A stretch of 63,970 bases of DNA, the filler included, from Cercozoa sp. M6MM (lineage: Eukaryota > Protista > Endomyxa: Ascetosporea), in NCBI GenBank assembly GCA_040357565.1. It is 12 parts of 12 records of this genome, joined end to end, with 100 filler letters (N's around TTAATTAATTAA, not from the genome) between each part and the next. Parts side by side here need not be neighbours in the genome. Positions count along the whole stretch, not along the records: positions 1 to 9,615 come from JBDODJ010000471.1; positions 9,716 to 28,444 come from JBDODJ010000228.1; 10 more parts are not named here. One strand, written 5' to 3'. Position numbers and translations under genes: made by a program. The notes beneath the pieces were generated by a model that was given only the letters and a program-made list of their open reading frames with translations, did not search any database and was not told the origin of the DNA. Shown here in pieces: positions 1 through 12,776 of this stretch (its first letter is position 1; every line of letters begins with the position of its first letter).

Positions 1-299
1 TGCTGCGAGCCGTGTATGTGCTTTCCGCCTTTGCACGCCCCTCTTTACCCCCCCCTCCTTCCCCCCCCTTTACCCCCCCCTGCTTACCCCCCCTGTTACC
101 CCCCTACTTACCTCCTACTTACCCTCCTGTTTATCCTCCTGTTTTACCCCCCTATTTATCCCCTACTTGCCTCCCTTCTGACTCCCTGTTTACCCCGACA
201 GCACCGACGCGTTTGGAACATGCGTTGCGATGCAAGGTATTCGTTGTTGTTTTTTGTTGTTGTTGTTGTTTTGTTGTTGTTGTTGTTGTGATTGTTGTT

Positions 300-332
<33 letters not shown>

Positions 333-679
333 TTCGGTACTTGTTTGTCGTTGTTGCGCAGATCATGTCGGCGCAGTTTCAGCGTTTCTTGGACCGTCAC
401 TTGTGCGGCGAGAACCTTTTGTTTCTGCGCGACTGCGCCGACTTTCTGCACGTGCGCTGCGTCTTTACCCCCCCCCCTTACCCCCTCCTACCCCTTTACC
501 CCCCCTTCCCGAAGATACCGAAAGCAGCCACGGATTTCCGTCGTCGTCGCGCGGCGCAACTGGTGCGTTTTTTCTTGTTTGTTGTTTTGTTGTTTTTTGT
601 TTGTTGTTTTTTGTTTGTTGTTTTTTGTTTGTTGTTTTGTTGTTGTTGTTGTTGTTGTTTTGTTGTTGTTGTTATTGTT

Positions 680-712
<33 letters not shown>

Positions 713-1504
713 TTTTTTTTGTTGTTTTTTTGTTTTTTAGTTGTTGTTTTTGTTGTTTCGTTGTTTTTTTTTTCGTGTTGTTGCTTGTTGTTGTGTTCTG
801 TTGTTGTTTTCTGTTGTATCAGCACGTTCACACGGACACGATGTGTGTGTGTGTTGCAGGTGGACAAGTTCTTCCGCGCGGATGCGCGCATGCAAGTGAA
901 CGTGCCGTCCAAGGTGATCAAGCAGGTGCAGCTCAAGGCGCAGAAAATGCTCTCGGACGAGTCGGTGTTGGATGCGATGGTTTTAGCTCCCTACCCCCCC
1001 CCCTTTACCCCCTACTCCCTACCCTCCTACTCCCTACCCTCCTACTCCCTACACCCTTTACCCCCCCCCCTGTCCCAGTTCCTACCGGCGGACCGGGCGG
1101 TGCGCGAGTTGATGCAGATGGATTCGCTGCCACGTTTCAACGAGTCGTCGCAGCTGCGCACGGTGCTGCGAGCCGTGTATGCGCACCCTGCCTTGGCACG
1201 CACCATGGTACCCCCTTACCCCCCGGTGCCCCTGAGCGCCCCCCCCCCCTTTACTCCCCTGCCGTAGTGGCTGCGTCGTCAGGAGATTGATCGCGAAATC
1301 CTCTTCGAAAAAGAGCAAGAGAAGGAGAATCGCGCCTTGGCGGTGCTTTACCCCCCCCCTACCTTCTCTTTACTCCTACCCTCCTAACCCCTCCTACCCC
1401 CCCCCCCCCCCCAGAACGAGCAGAGGCAGAAGCAGACTGCGGCGCGGCGTCGTCGAGTGATTCCGCTGCAGCAGACCTGCGTTCCGGCACTGCCCGACGA
1501 ATAG
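1..1504 (+). CDS. RGS (regulator of G-protein signalling) domain protein, 5'-truncated, multi-exon
   Basis: GT-AG splicing gives PTRLEHALRCK|IMSAQFQRFLDRHLCGENLLFLRDCADFLH|IPKAATDFRRRRAAQL|VDKFFRADARMQVNVPSKV...DAM|FLPADRAVRELMQMDSLPRFNESSQL...ALPDE*. This matches RGS hallmarks FxxFL..ENLxF, (E/Q)VN(I/V) and LMxxDSxPRFxxS. Confidence 0.9.
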
Positions 1505-1653
1505 GCCTTGTCCACTTACACTGTTGTTGATTTAAGTAACTTTTCGTAACGTATCAACCCACTGCTCGCCAAAAATTAAAAGAAAACACAAAAGGCACTG
1601 GCAGCGCTTTCATTGCCTTTCATGCAGAGCTGCCGTGTGCTGTTAAAGTTGGT

Positions 1654-3668
1654 ATGGCAGATGAACAGCTTAGAGAGCGTTTGGGCGAGTGTCTGAAATG
1701 GTCAGATCTGAGAGACTTTGCACGTGTCACTCGGTGCGTCGATGGCCTGATCGAGGCGTACGACCGTGATCCCAGTGCCGACATGACCGTTGCCGACTGG
1801 ACAGAAGATGTCGCCGGCGTGCTTGGGTGGAGCGTCTTTCCTCTGGGCCTGCTGGTGTCGCTACTGCATCGCCTGGCACTCCGATCGCACGTGCCGCCGA
1901 CACTGCTTAGCGTGTGCCTGCAGCAGCTACTGGCACAGCGACGCCAGCGAAACCACCTGGCGACACTGAAGGACAAGACTCTTGTCGCTGCCATTGTTTC
2001 CGGCGTGGTAAATCTTCAACTGAATTTCCTTTTGCTTTTTGTCGCCATTTTTTGGTTCGGTCGAGCTAAGCAATTTGATCATCTAACGTCGGTCCAGGAA
2101 ACGGCATCCGAGGAGGAGTTGCAGGTGTACAGCGAGTTGTGTCAAGTGCTCAAGCGAGTAAATGACAACAAGCCTGTCGATACCGATCGGCGTGACTGGA
2201 TCGTTCTGTTGCGCCGTGTGTTGCTGCAGTGTCCTCGGGCGGTTTCGACCAGTGTGGCACAGGAGTACCTCATGCATGTGCTAACGCTCTTTGCTTTTGA
2301 CGAACAGGAGTTTTTGGCCGTGTTAGACGTGCTGCGACGAGTTTCTGACGCTGTTTTCGCTTCTCTTTGTTCGGTGGGAACTCTTTTTTAACTGAGAACT
2401 GAACTATAATTGTCTTTTATTGGTCTGTGTGGAATGCAGAATGCCGACTTGCCAGCTTTCGACTTTTTCGACGGTTCGCACTGGCACAGGTTGGCGCGTA
2501 TGACTGGAGACAAGCTGTGTCATGTCGAAACTCTGGTCCGTTTCTATGAGCTACGTCGCTTCGCTCGTCCGAACTTAGCGCTGCCTGGTGCGTTTAATTC
2601 CATCGAATTGAGTGTCAGTGTCATCCCTCTAGATATGCTTTCTTGTCTAGCGTTGGAAATGGCCTACCTTCACAATGATCACATTTCGCCAGAGATGTGC
2701 GCCTACATGCTTGAGCACTGTGTTGCGAGCGATGGCGAGACCTTGTTGTACCGCTGGCACCTGCCGCCGTTTGTTTCCTTTTCCTATGGCAAGTCACTGG
2801 CCGCTGCCTTCACACCTGAAATTGCTGAGGACTTGTGGGTATCAGTAAATTATCACTCTTTCAGTTTGTAATGTGTTTTGTTTCAACACGGAGGAATGTT
2901 TTGAGAAACAGAAACGCGGTGCACTGCTGCCGTCTCGGAGTGTGTACAGTCGCTGGCAAGACTGCGGTGCGAGTGGAATTGATTTCTACCAGTGGTTTCA
3001 CGATAAACCGTCACAGTGGCAGACGCGAATTCTGTCGGTACTATTGCTGTTCGAGTACAGTGCCGCTCTCAGCAACAGCACTGGACCGAAACTGTCCATC
3101 CGACACGCCTGTCACAGCTGTGAGCCTTCCGACGTGGCCTTGTCACAGGGCACTGTGTCTGTTCTGTTCTACACGTGGCTACAGCACCTGGCACTCTCGA
3201 CGGCACGCACTGGCACCGAGCGACTGCTGCAACTCATTCGAGAACGACCAGTCACGGTCAGACTGACGGTGCAGCACGGTGTGCATGAGATCACCATGTC
3301 GCAGCACGAACTGGTGGAACGTGCTCTAAGACCGCGAATTGCCGACTACAAGAACGCGTTCATCAACACCGACGCTTTCTTCGGCGACTGTGTAACCACA
3401 GTTTCGCCTGACGCGCGCACTGTCGTCTGCGACTTCCTCGGTGACGAAGCGTGGTTCCTGCACCTGTGTCACACCGAGGTAATCCAATGCACTGCACCCT
3501 GTCTGGCTTGAGTCGCATTTTTGCCTTTTTTTGCACTGTGTTTTGCTGCTCTGCAGGAACTGATTCGGTGTCTGAATGATGCCGTTCGCCGTGTTGTTGT
3601 TAAGCTTGAGCAGCGCTGTCGCTCAATAACAGCGCGGCATTCGGCTAACACTGCTGTTACAGACTGAC
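1654..3668 (+). CDS. Hypothetical alpha-helical protein, multi-exon
   Basis: Long exon ORFs 1654-2391, 2410-2871 and 2873-3511 with short GT-AG introns. Leu-rich helical composition, no motif recognised. Confidence 0.55.
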
Positions 3669-3795
3669 AATAACAGTGCTCAGTTTTAGCGTAGTTAACG
3701 TAACGTTGGCTTGTTTCACTGGCCGGTCGGTCCTGTATGGTAGCGTAGCGTACGGTAGGTGGGTCACGAAAGAGTTCCAGGTACGGTAAGTCTAG

Positions 3796-6217
3796 TTACT
3801 GTATGGGGAGGAGAGATTGTGACCCACCCCAGAACTGGTATTGTACAGGGAACTCCATAGTCGGTTTCTCAGTACACTGAACTGGCTGCACAAACGTAAA
3901 TGGACTCGTTTGACTTATTAAAACATGCAACGATATTGCTGAGCAAACAATGCACGAACGTTCACGGACTGGCTGACATGGCGGAGTGCAACAACTCAGT
4001 GAACCAAACCAGTGGTCCTTGAAACTGGCCAGAGGCGTCATTCGACAATTCAGCTGACTGCGTCGCATAGCAGTCGATTGCTGTGCCATAGCATTAATAC
4101 AACATGCCCCGATTCGTATCTGATACGAAGACAGTCCGAGTGTTTACCTCCTTGGTGTCTTAGTTGTCGCATCAGTGCCTTGATCAGTTTGTGTCGCCGC
4201 TTCCTGCACAGATGCTGTTATGCTCATTATGACAGTTTCCTTAGACTTCAAGGTATACGATGAAGAGTGCCGAAGCGTGTGTTGCAGCAAGGCCAGGCAC
4301 AGCGTGCGCATGTGCGGATCCGCACCGAGCGACACACAAAAGTGCCAGAAGAATCGTGCTGCTGCAAAGTAGTATACTGAAATCAATCTTTTTGCCCTTC
4401 AATTCAGCTGGCGAAGCTGCTTTCATACCAGCTGATGCAGACTGAGAAAAGTGCTGCTCCAGCGCGAGGTGGAAGAACTCGCCGCATTCCTGGGCGGACA
4501 GTCGTCGCGCCATGGCCACTTGGTGCAACACGCGCAGCTTGTCGCAAGTGAAGGTGAACGAACCGCAAAACTGCATCGCCAATTCCAGTGCAAACTGCAC
4601 ATTCGTGCACCTGTCTCGTGTGCTCTAAACTAAGACAACAAACAAGAGCGGCAGTAGGCAAACCGTACTCTTGGGACGGCCCACAAAACGCCGACCTGCT
4701 TTCAGCTGGCTTCTTGAGCTGCTCAAGCATAAACGATTCGCAAGCACTAGTCACTTTTACTGCTAGCAGAGAGAACCTTTTGCACAAAGTCAGAGAACAA
4801 ATGTCGTCTCCACGCATGCGGGTGACGACTGCCGCAAGAGACACACACCGGCGTCAATTCGTAGACCTGGGAAGACAACATCGGCTCCTGGCTGCAGTTC
4901 GAAAGAATATTGTGCGCGCACTGTACCGGAGCCAATGCTTCAGAACGGGGTCCAAACACGTGAAAAGCAGTCAAAGCGCTAAACTTAGCATTCGTTTATA
5001 CATGTGTCAGAACTGGATTGTAATTTTACAGTTGTTTGACGTCAAAAGGTTCACTCAGTTTTAGTAAAACCTCGAGTGCTTTTTCCGCCAGATCCTACCA
5101 CAAGAAATTGCCTTTCAGTTTTCTTGTGGATGTAGAATAGCTGTACCAGAGTCGTGGTTGGGACTACCTCCAGTGAGATTAGCTGAGTGTAAATTGGGGG
5201 AAAGCACGAAAATACCTCACCAAGACCCGCCTCCTGTTGGCGGTACAGGTGCCGCACAAACGGCACAACTGCAGGAGTTTCCTCTAGCTTTCTTGAACTC
5301 TCGTCCTGTGCAATTTGATCGGATGTTTGCTCAACTAAACAGAGGGTCAAGGAAGTAGGTCGAATAGGTTCGGAATGTACACATTTCATGACCAAGCAGT
5401 GCAGAGCTGCACGAAACGACGGTACTAAACGCGAATGCAACAACATGAGAGCATTCCACTCGAGCGGGATGAGTCTGGGGAGCGAAAAAACTTCAACTGA
5501 GATACTTGAGTAGAGAATCGAAACAATTCGAGCTGCTGGTTGGCCTTGCGAAAATGCTTCAGTCACAGCAGCACGCAGTTGGAGTCTACGCGCGCCGAAA
5601 ACTACAAACAGCAGCTGAAGTACTTCCTTCCCCCTTTGAAAGAAATCACTGGATACTAGAGTGAAGCAAACTGAAAATACCTTTCAAAACTGCCAAAAGC
5701 AGCTTCACTCTAGACATTTCCGACATGCAACGCGCCAGCTCAAACAGCGAGGCGTGCGTGTTAGTGTCATAGAATGTCGGGTGGTGCAAAACTTGCAGAA
5801 GCACCTCTCGTGCGCGATCGAAATCCCCTTCTGCCATAAATTTAGTAGACGTTTTTATCGGTTTCAAACTGAGCCGCATAGGGTACCTGCACATCTCTTT
5901 TCAATGTATCTTCCAATCACTTGGCAAGAAAACTCGGTGTCTTTCTCTCGGAACGCTCGCTCGATGCTGTCGTTGTGTTCAAGCCACTGCCACAAGTTTT
6001 GCTCCCATGCTAAACTTTCAGTCAGTTTAAACCACCAGTGGCTCATCTTGAGTTTTATTTCAAAGAAGCCCACCAGTGCAGACACCTCGAGCTTGGACTT
6101 GCTCGCGTACGCTCAAGAAGTTAGCAATGTTCGGGTACAAGACTAGCATCGCTTTTTGAGCTGCGCTTTCAGTTTGCCTGAAACTGCAGCTGCACGTTTC
6201 AGGCACTAAAGAATGCA
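3796..6217 (-). CDS. Hypothetical alpha-helical protein, multi-exon; ends approximate
   Basis: Chain of minus-strand exon ORFs (5864-6085, 5646-5894, 5051-5566, 4404-4844, 4241-4600) with plausible splice sites. No family recognised. Confidence 0.45.
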
Positions 6218-6762
6218 TCTGGACGTAATTCCAATCCACAAAGCCTATGACGCTCGAACGTGACTAAACTGTTCAGATCGCCAGCTGGCTTTAGCTTTCG
6301 GTTTTTGGCGCCAGAGCGCTCTTGCCGAGGCGAGGAGTCAGTGTGACTGTGACGTGCACGCAGAAAGCGCTTGCCTCTACTTTACAGTACCGATGGATTG
6401 ATACGACTTCGCTGGCGCTACCTACAACGGCGTTTCTGCGCGCACCGTTGAGTCACTTTGAGTCTTGACAGGCATTGCATAACATATATGACTCTGTGTG
6501 TTATGTGTATTCTGTACAGTATGTTATTCGTTTGGGAAATGATCTGACTGCCGTGCGATGCACTACAGCACGAGTATATATGCACGTGAATTAAAAAAAT
6601 TATCAAGAGCAGCTCGAAACTGCTGCAAGAAAACAGCCCTCGTACCAGATATCAGGCAAGGAGTTCAGTTTCGCCGCCCTACCTTGGGAACCCTCCTTCC
6701 TTGACGCGATATCTTCCTGTTTATTGAGACGTCGGACGCCTTACATTGAGGTGTCCGTACCT

Positions 6763-9460
6763 CTAGGTGTTCCCGCAGTTAGACACCAATGCCTCTAGCA
6801 CAGTTTGAATAGTACTTAGAGTTTCACGCACAGACAGGAGAGCTCGCAATCTTTTTTCTTTTGTCGTGTCTTCGCATTGATTTCCATCGACATCCCGCAA
6901 CGTACGAAATACGAAATTGGTAATAAACTGAATACATGCCCACATCGCATGCGACAACGCTAAGCTCGAGTAGACTCCTTTTGCTGCTGCTTATGCTGTC
7001 GCTGACCGTGTCGCCGATACGAACGTCCGCGCGAGCGGTACTTGCTGTCGCCGGGAAGCGTTTCACTGCTGCTACTGCTGCTGTCTTTGTTGCCGCTGGT
7101 GTTGCCGTTGTTGTTGTGACGCTTCTTGTGGCGTCGCGGCGTTCGGTCAGCCGAGCCTGGCTGCTGCTGCTGCTGCTGCTGCTGCTCGGGCTGCTGCGAG
7201 TGCTCACGCTTGTCGCGCTGAGTGTGCGCCTTCTTCGAGCGCCGTTTCTTGAAGTGTGATTTCTTGCTTGTCTCAGGCTGCTGTTGCGACTGCGACGGCT
7301 CCGAAGTCGGAGCAGTCTTTGCAGTAGAAAACAATATAACTTTAACATATCCACAAAAAGGCACCTACACAAATGAGTAGACAGCGCGAAATACCTCAGA
7401 ACCGGCTTCAAGTTCGATCGACTCATTCGTTGTCTCCATTGCAGGCACCTGAGACACAAGAAAACGCGTGCCTTCATTTTTTAGCACAACACACAGCAAA
7501 GAAAATCACCGTTTGCTCCTTGTGTTCTTCAGTCGGCGAACCCTCGCTTTTCGGCTGCGGTGCAGTCACCGTTGTTGCTTCGTTCGACGTTGCTTCGTTC
7601 GACTTGTGTGACAGCGACTGTTTCACTTCGGTGGCAACGTCGCTCTTGCTTTCTGACAGACTTTCCGACTTGCTTTCGACCTTGCTTTCGGCCTTGCTTT
7701 CAGCTTTAACTTCGACTGTCTTGTGCTGCTGCTGCGGTTTGCTGCTGCTCTTGTGACTCTTGTCGCCCTTCTTGTCGTCGCTCTTGCTGCTGCTGTGCTT
7801 GGAGTGCTTGCCGCTGCTTGCACGTGGCGGAAAATGCGGCTGACGCGGACGGAAAGGAGCGCGCGTTCGCGATTTCATTCGATTCTGGCGCGCGCGAAGC
7901 GACTGCAAAAAGCAGAGTACAGCGAGTGCAAAACAGAAACACAAACCTCCATTTTTAAATTACAATAGCAGCGCCTGCAAACGCAATCAACAGAGCACGC
8001 ATCTCGTCCTCTTCCTCCTTGTCCATGTCACTCTCGACCTCGCCAACCACCTGTCGCACCAGGTCGCGCAGCGTACGCAAAGCGTGCTCCTCTGGCGAAA
8101 ACGCCGGCACCTGTGTCGATTTATTTCATAACAAGCAACGCGAAGGTGAGAAAACCAGAAAGAAAACACACCATCTGCGGTACGTAACCTTGCCACTGTT
8201 GCTGCGGTTGAACCGGGACGAACATCTGCGCAGAGCCAGCGTTTTAGACACCAGTTTCGTGTGCATGGCCAATTGAGCACTACCTGCTGCTGCGGAGGAG
8301 GCGAAAACATCACTGCCGAGGGATAGAAACCCTTTACAAACAAAGAAACGCATAGTATATCACGGTGCGACAGGTGACTGGTGACTGGTGACAAACCCGC
8401 AGAAAAATACAAAAATGATCAGTTCCAGTCCAACAAAAACACCAAAATTTGGATCCATCTCCATGAAACATGCGCAATACGTACCATGTGGGGCACCCCA
8501 TGCATAGCTTGCTGCTGGTGCTGCTGGCCTGAGTTCAAGCGGCGACCAGGTGTTCCCGTTTGATTCATTTCGACACCTAAAGTTTTTCTTTCGAACTCTG
8601 TTCTGCCAGTCTCTGCGTCTCTGCTTCGCTGTTGCTGTCACTGAACAACACACGGCACACAGGGAAAGCCAGAGAGGCCCGGTAATCGCTTGAGTGACCC
8701 AGAAGCCAGCGAATTCTGAATCGGCTCAGGTGAGCCAGCGGAGAAGAAAAACCAAAATAAACGCCTGATGGTTAGTTTCGTGGGCTGCACTGGCATACGG
8801 GTGCTGTGCGTTGCGATCGTGGCAAAATGCGACGCATTTTGCGCTTGAAGCGACTCAGAAGGAGGCGTCAAGTCGAGGTACATTTGTGTGGGAATGCATG
8901 TGCTTGAGGTGAGGAGTGAAAGCATGCGTAGAAGGATCTCCGATGGAGGTTCGACGCACCGTCGTCTGATGTCCTTCGGTGGCGCACCTTGTCCAGACCG
9001 AAAGAGCAAACTACAAAGGTACTTGCTGGCTTGCACTTGGGGGACACCAAATGATACGGTTTGGGTTGAACAGGTTTTGCCGAGACACGTGCTCAGCTGC
9101 CTGCGCGGGAAGACGCAGTGGACAACTCGATCTCTCGTGAGTGTTTCGGCGCACAACTTCTCGCGAGCGGCGTCGCAGTTGATCCTGCGTGCTCTTGTGC
9201 CAATGCTGCAGGTTGAGGATTGTCCACTTGATGGTAGGTGTTTGCTTACTAGAAGAGGAGGAGTACATACTTTTTGGTCTTGCAGAGAGGCAACGAAAAC
9301 AGGCGCTTGTGGCAGTGCTGCACAACACGGGCCGTCTGTTACAAGATGCGACACCGGAGTCACATAGACTCGCCGTGCAGTGCTTTGCAGTAGCACTGCG
9401 GCACGCCAGTGGACGCGCGCTTTTGCCCAAAGCTGCCGCTGGCTTCTTGTATATCGGTAC
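6763..9460 (-). CDS. Hypothetical protein with Ser/Lys/Gln-rich low-complexity C-terminal half, 5'-truncated at contig end
   Basis: Exons include VPAFSPEEHALRTLRDLVRQVVGEVESD, KAESKAESKVESK, a polyQ tract, and the terminal RLRALLSVRETLSTIQTVLEALVSNCGNT*. An IQ-like AAVLLQSTAR lies near the 5' end. Confidence 0.5.
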
Positions 9461-9500
9461 TTTTGCTTCCTTCTATAACAGATCATGTCTCAAATCTAAT

Positions 9501-9613
<113 letters not shown>

Positions 9614-9659
9614 TTNNNNNNNNNNNNNNNNNNNNNNNNNNNNNNNNNNNNNNNNNNNN

Positions 9660-9671
9660 TTAATTAATTAA
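9660..9671. other. Artificial contig linker TTAATTAATTAA flanked by N runs. Also at about 28489, 34118, 42960, 49198, 50455, 53359, 57349, 59444, 61328 and 62629.
   Basis: Identical 12-mer with stops in all six frames, centred in N padding, occurs 11 times. Confidence 0.98.
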
Positions 9672-9715
9672 NNNNNNNNNNNNNNNNNNNNNNNNNNNNN
9701 NNNNNNNNNNNNNNN

Positions 9716-11385
9716 GGGGCGTAAACAGGGGGTAAACAGGGGGAAATAGGGGGGGGGGGGGGTAAATAGGGAAGTAAACAGGGGGGTAAATAGGCAGGTA
9801 AACAGGGGGGGTAAATAGGGGGTAAATAGGGAAGTAAATAGGGAGGAAAAAAGGGGGTAAACAGGGGGGGTAAACAGGGGGGTAAACGAGGGGTAAACAG
9901 AGCAAACAGGGATAAACAGGTAAGTAAACAGGGGGGTGAACAGGGGGGTAACTACCCGCAGCAGCGGCGGAAGCAGCGCCGGGAACACCAGCAGCGACCG
10001 CAACAACAGCGCCGTCGCCTCGCTCTCGCGCTCGTCAAAGTGCAGCGCGAGCGCCGTGCTGTAGCCTGCCAGAGGGGTAAACCGAGGGGGTAAACAGGGG
10101 GGTAAGCAGGGGGGGTAAACAGGGGGGTAAACAGGGGGGTAAACGGGGGGTAAAAGTACCCAGAGGAGCGTAGGCGCGCACGGCAACGAGGTCCAACTGT
10201 CGCCGCTGCGGCGCACACAACAACTCCTGCGGCGTTTCACAATCCGCGTCCACTCCTGGGGGGTAAGGGGGTAAACAGAGGGGTAAACAGGGGGGTAAAT
10301 AGGGGCAAACTGGAGGCAAATAGGGGGGTAAAGCAGGGGTAAGGCAGGGGGTAAGGCAGGGGGTAAAGCAGGGGGTAAACAGGGGGCAAACAGGGGGGCG
10401 TAAGCGGGAATAAATGGGGGGGTAAAGCAGGGGGTAAAGCATGGGGGGTATAACTCACCGCAAGCCTGGCACAAGTCCAGCAGCAGCTGCGTCTGATGTG
10501 CCCGCGGTGCCACCAGAGCGACACCCGACAAAGCGTCCACCGGGTCCTCCTGCGGACACAACTGCAGCGCCAGTCGCATGCATGCCAGCGCCGTCCTACT
10601 CAAGGGAGTAATCGGGCAGAGGGGTAAACAGGGAGGTAAACGGGGGTAAGAGGGTAAACAGGGGGATAAACAGGGGTAGGGTAAACAGGGGGGTAAACAG
10701 GGGGGTAAAGCCTACACAGGCAGCGCGCGTCGCTGCAGCAGAGCGGCGTGTCGCTGCAGCAGCGACAGAAACAGGAGGCCCTGACTGCCCTTGTCGTCGC
10801 CTGTACAGATGGACTGATGTGGACGACCCTAAACCACCAATCTGGACCAGTGTGGACCGTCCAGACAGGCGGTACAAACAGACCAGGCAGCAGGTACCCT
10901 CACGCACAAAGAGACGCGCCGTGCCCTTTCGCACGCAATCGTAGAACTCCTTGCAGAACGCCTGAACAGGGGGGGGGGTAAACAGGGGGGTAAACAGGGG
11001 GGTAAACAGGGGGGTAAANNNNNNNNNNNNNNNNNNNNNNNNNNNNNNNNNNNNNNNNNNNNNNNNNNNNNNNNNNNNNNNNNNNNNNNNNNNNNNNNNN
11101 NNNNNNNNNNNNNNNNNNGGGGGGGGGTAAACAGGGGGGGGGGGTAAAGCCTGGCTACAATGTAGATCTCAGCCGCGCGGAACAAGGCGAACGGATGAAA
11201 CGGATTCTGCTGCGCCACCCACATCATGGCACCCGCGTCGTTCTTCACACACACACACACACAGACACACATACGGGGGGTACACAGGGGGGTAAACGGG
11301 GAGTAAACAGGGGGTAAACAGAAGCAGTAAAAAGAGGGTAAACAGGGAGGAAACAGGGGGTAAACGGGGGTAAACGAAGGGGCTT
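9716..11385. repeat. Intronic GGGGGGTAAACA / TGTTTACCCCCC minisatellite arrays (also 40-195, 465-505, 985-1075, 52741-53314, 61384-62584 and elsewhere)
   Basis: Units of about 11-12 bp, mostly lying between GT donors and AG acceptors of spliced genes. Confidence 0.9.
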
Positions 11386-12535
11386 AGGGCGGTAAAACTA
11401 CGTTGTGCATCGCAGTGAGAGTCTCGTGCTGCACAGCGGAAAATTTGGCCGACATTTCCAACGAAAACAGCGTCAACGCTCCTTTCTCCTGGCCAGTCAA
11501 AAAATTATATCCGCGCGGACGTGGCAGAAAACCAAAAAAATTTTTAAAAATTAAAAATAACGCACCATGACGCGCATGCGCAGACCGCCGTAGTCGAAGC
11601 GATCAAGCGGCCACTTGGCACGTGGCTTGAACCACTTCGGCTGCCGCTGCACGCGCAGCTTCGTTCGACCCGAGCCGCGCGCTTCGCGAAGCGCTTCGGC
11701 GCCAAAGCTGCTCTCGAAGCAAAGCGATGAAGCTTTTTGAAACAAAGCGAAACCAAGCGAAACAAAGCGAAACCAAGCAAAACAAAGTGAAACTAAGCGA
11801 AACAAAGCGAAACCATAGCAGCAAAGCAAAAGTGAAACAAAGCAAAGCAAAAGCGTACGAAGCGCGAATTTCGTTGTCGACGCAGAGATCGCGCATCGGC
11901 ACCGCAAGCAGCGACGGCTCGCACTCGAGCGAAGTCGCCAGTGCTTCGTCTTCGTCGCTTTCGCTGCCTTCGATAACGACGCTATCGATGGCGCTGACTT
12001 CGCTCGTTGCTTCGCTCGCTTCTTCGCTCGGTTTCGCCTTCTTGCGACGCCTGCGCTTCTTGCGCTTCTTCTTCTGCTTCTTCTGCGACGCGCTGCTTTC
12101 GCTACAAGCGACGCTGCTTTCGTCCGAAGCTGCCGAAACTGAAGTGCTTTCGTGTGAAGCTTGTTGCTTCGTCGTGCTTTCCTCTTGCTCTTCGGTTTCG
12201 TTTGCTTCGTCCTCTGAGTCGCCCCAGTCGCTGCCGTCGTCCATGTCGGCAAAGGCGGCAAACGCCGATCGCGAAGGCGCCATCACAATGTCCTTCCGAG
12301 TTGAAAAAACAAAATCTCAGCTGATTGGATCAACAACATCCAAAGACAGCTTACTTCTTCTGACTCGTCGTTTTCGGCCGCGAGTCGCGCCATTCGTTCG
12401 GCCTGAACACACAAACACATGGCGATTGCATAAACAGGCAAACAAACACAGCAAACAAAGCGAAGAAAGCTTAGGTAAAAACACTGAACACACCTCAAGC
12501 TGCTTCAGCTGCTTGGACACCTGTCGGGACGTCAT
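9955..12535 (-). CDS. TCF25: TCF25/Rqc1 family ribosome quality-control protein, 3'-truncated
   Basis: N-terminus MTSRQVSKQL, acidic then KKKRKKRRRR stretch, LLAVPMRDLCVDNEIR, KPRAKWP..GGLRM, QNPFHPFALF, SRTALACMRLALQLCPQEDPVD, YSTALALHF, LLLRSLLVFPALLPPLL. Motif order matches TCF25/Rqc1. Confidence 0.85.
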
Positions 12536-12776
12536 TTTCTCAATCGGCCAAAAACGCTCGACAAAGACAAAAGAATTGGAGAGGAATTCAAAATGCCTTC
12601 TGTCCTTCAAACAGTAGGTTGGCGTATATTTAGGTTTCCAAACAACAAACCTACGCGTGTGTGAGCACTGTAGTTTGTCTAGACTCGCGCGCGTTTTTTC
12701 ATTATTTCGTCGTGACAAAAGCCAAAATTAGACTCTATCCACGCCCTTCTCGGATGGGTTTCCGGCACCAAAACCG

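Noticed and set aside
12-1290. Long poly-Cys/Val/Leu, CVCV, HTHT and PPLY/FTPL ORFs in the track (extensin-like or metallothionein-like)
   Set aside because: They are translations of stop-free intronic microsatellites. Coherent proteins appear only after splicing them out.
6600-6760. Possible structured ncRNA (snRNA, RNase P/MRP); also checked 27360-27800 and 54050-54250
   Set aside because: No conserved boxes (U6 ACAGAGA context, Sm site with stems, P4 helix, tRNA arms) could be verified by eye. An Infernal/Rfam scan would be needed.
9616-9715. Recurrent TTAATTAATTAA palindrome as a biological element
   Set aside because: It is always centred in uniform N padding and has stops in all six frames, so it is a concatenation linker.
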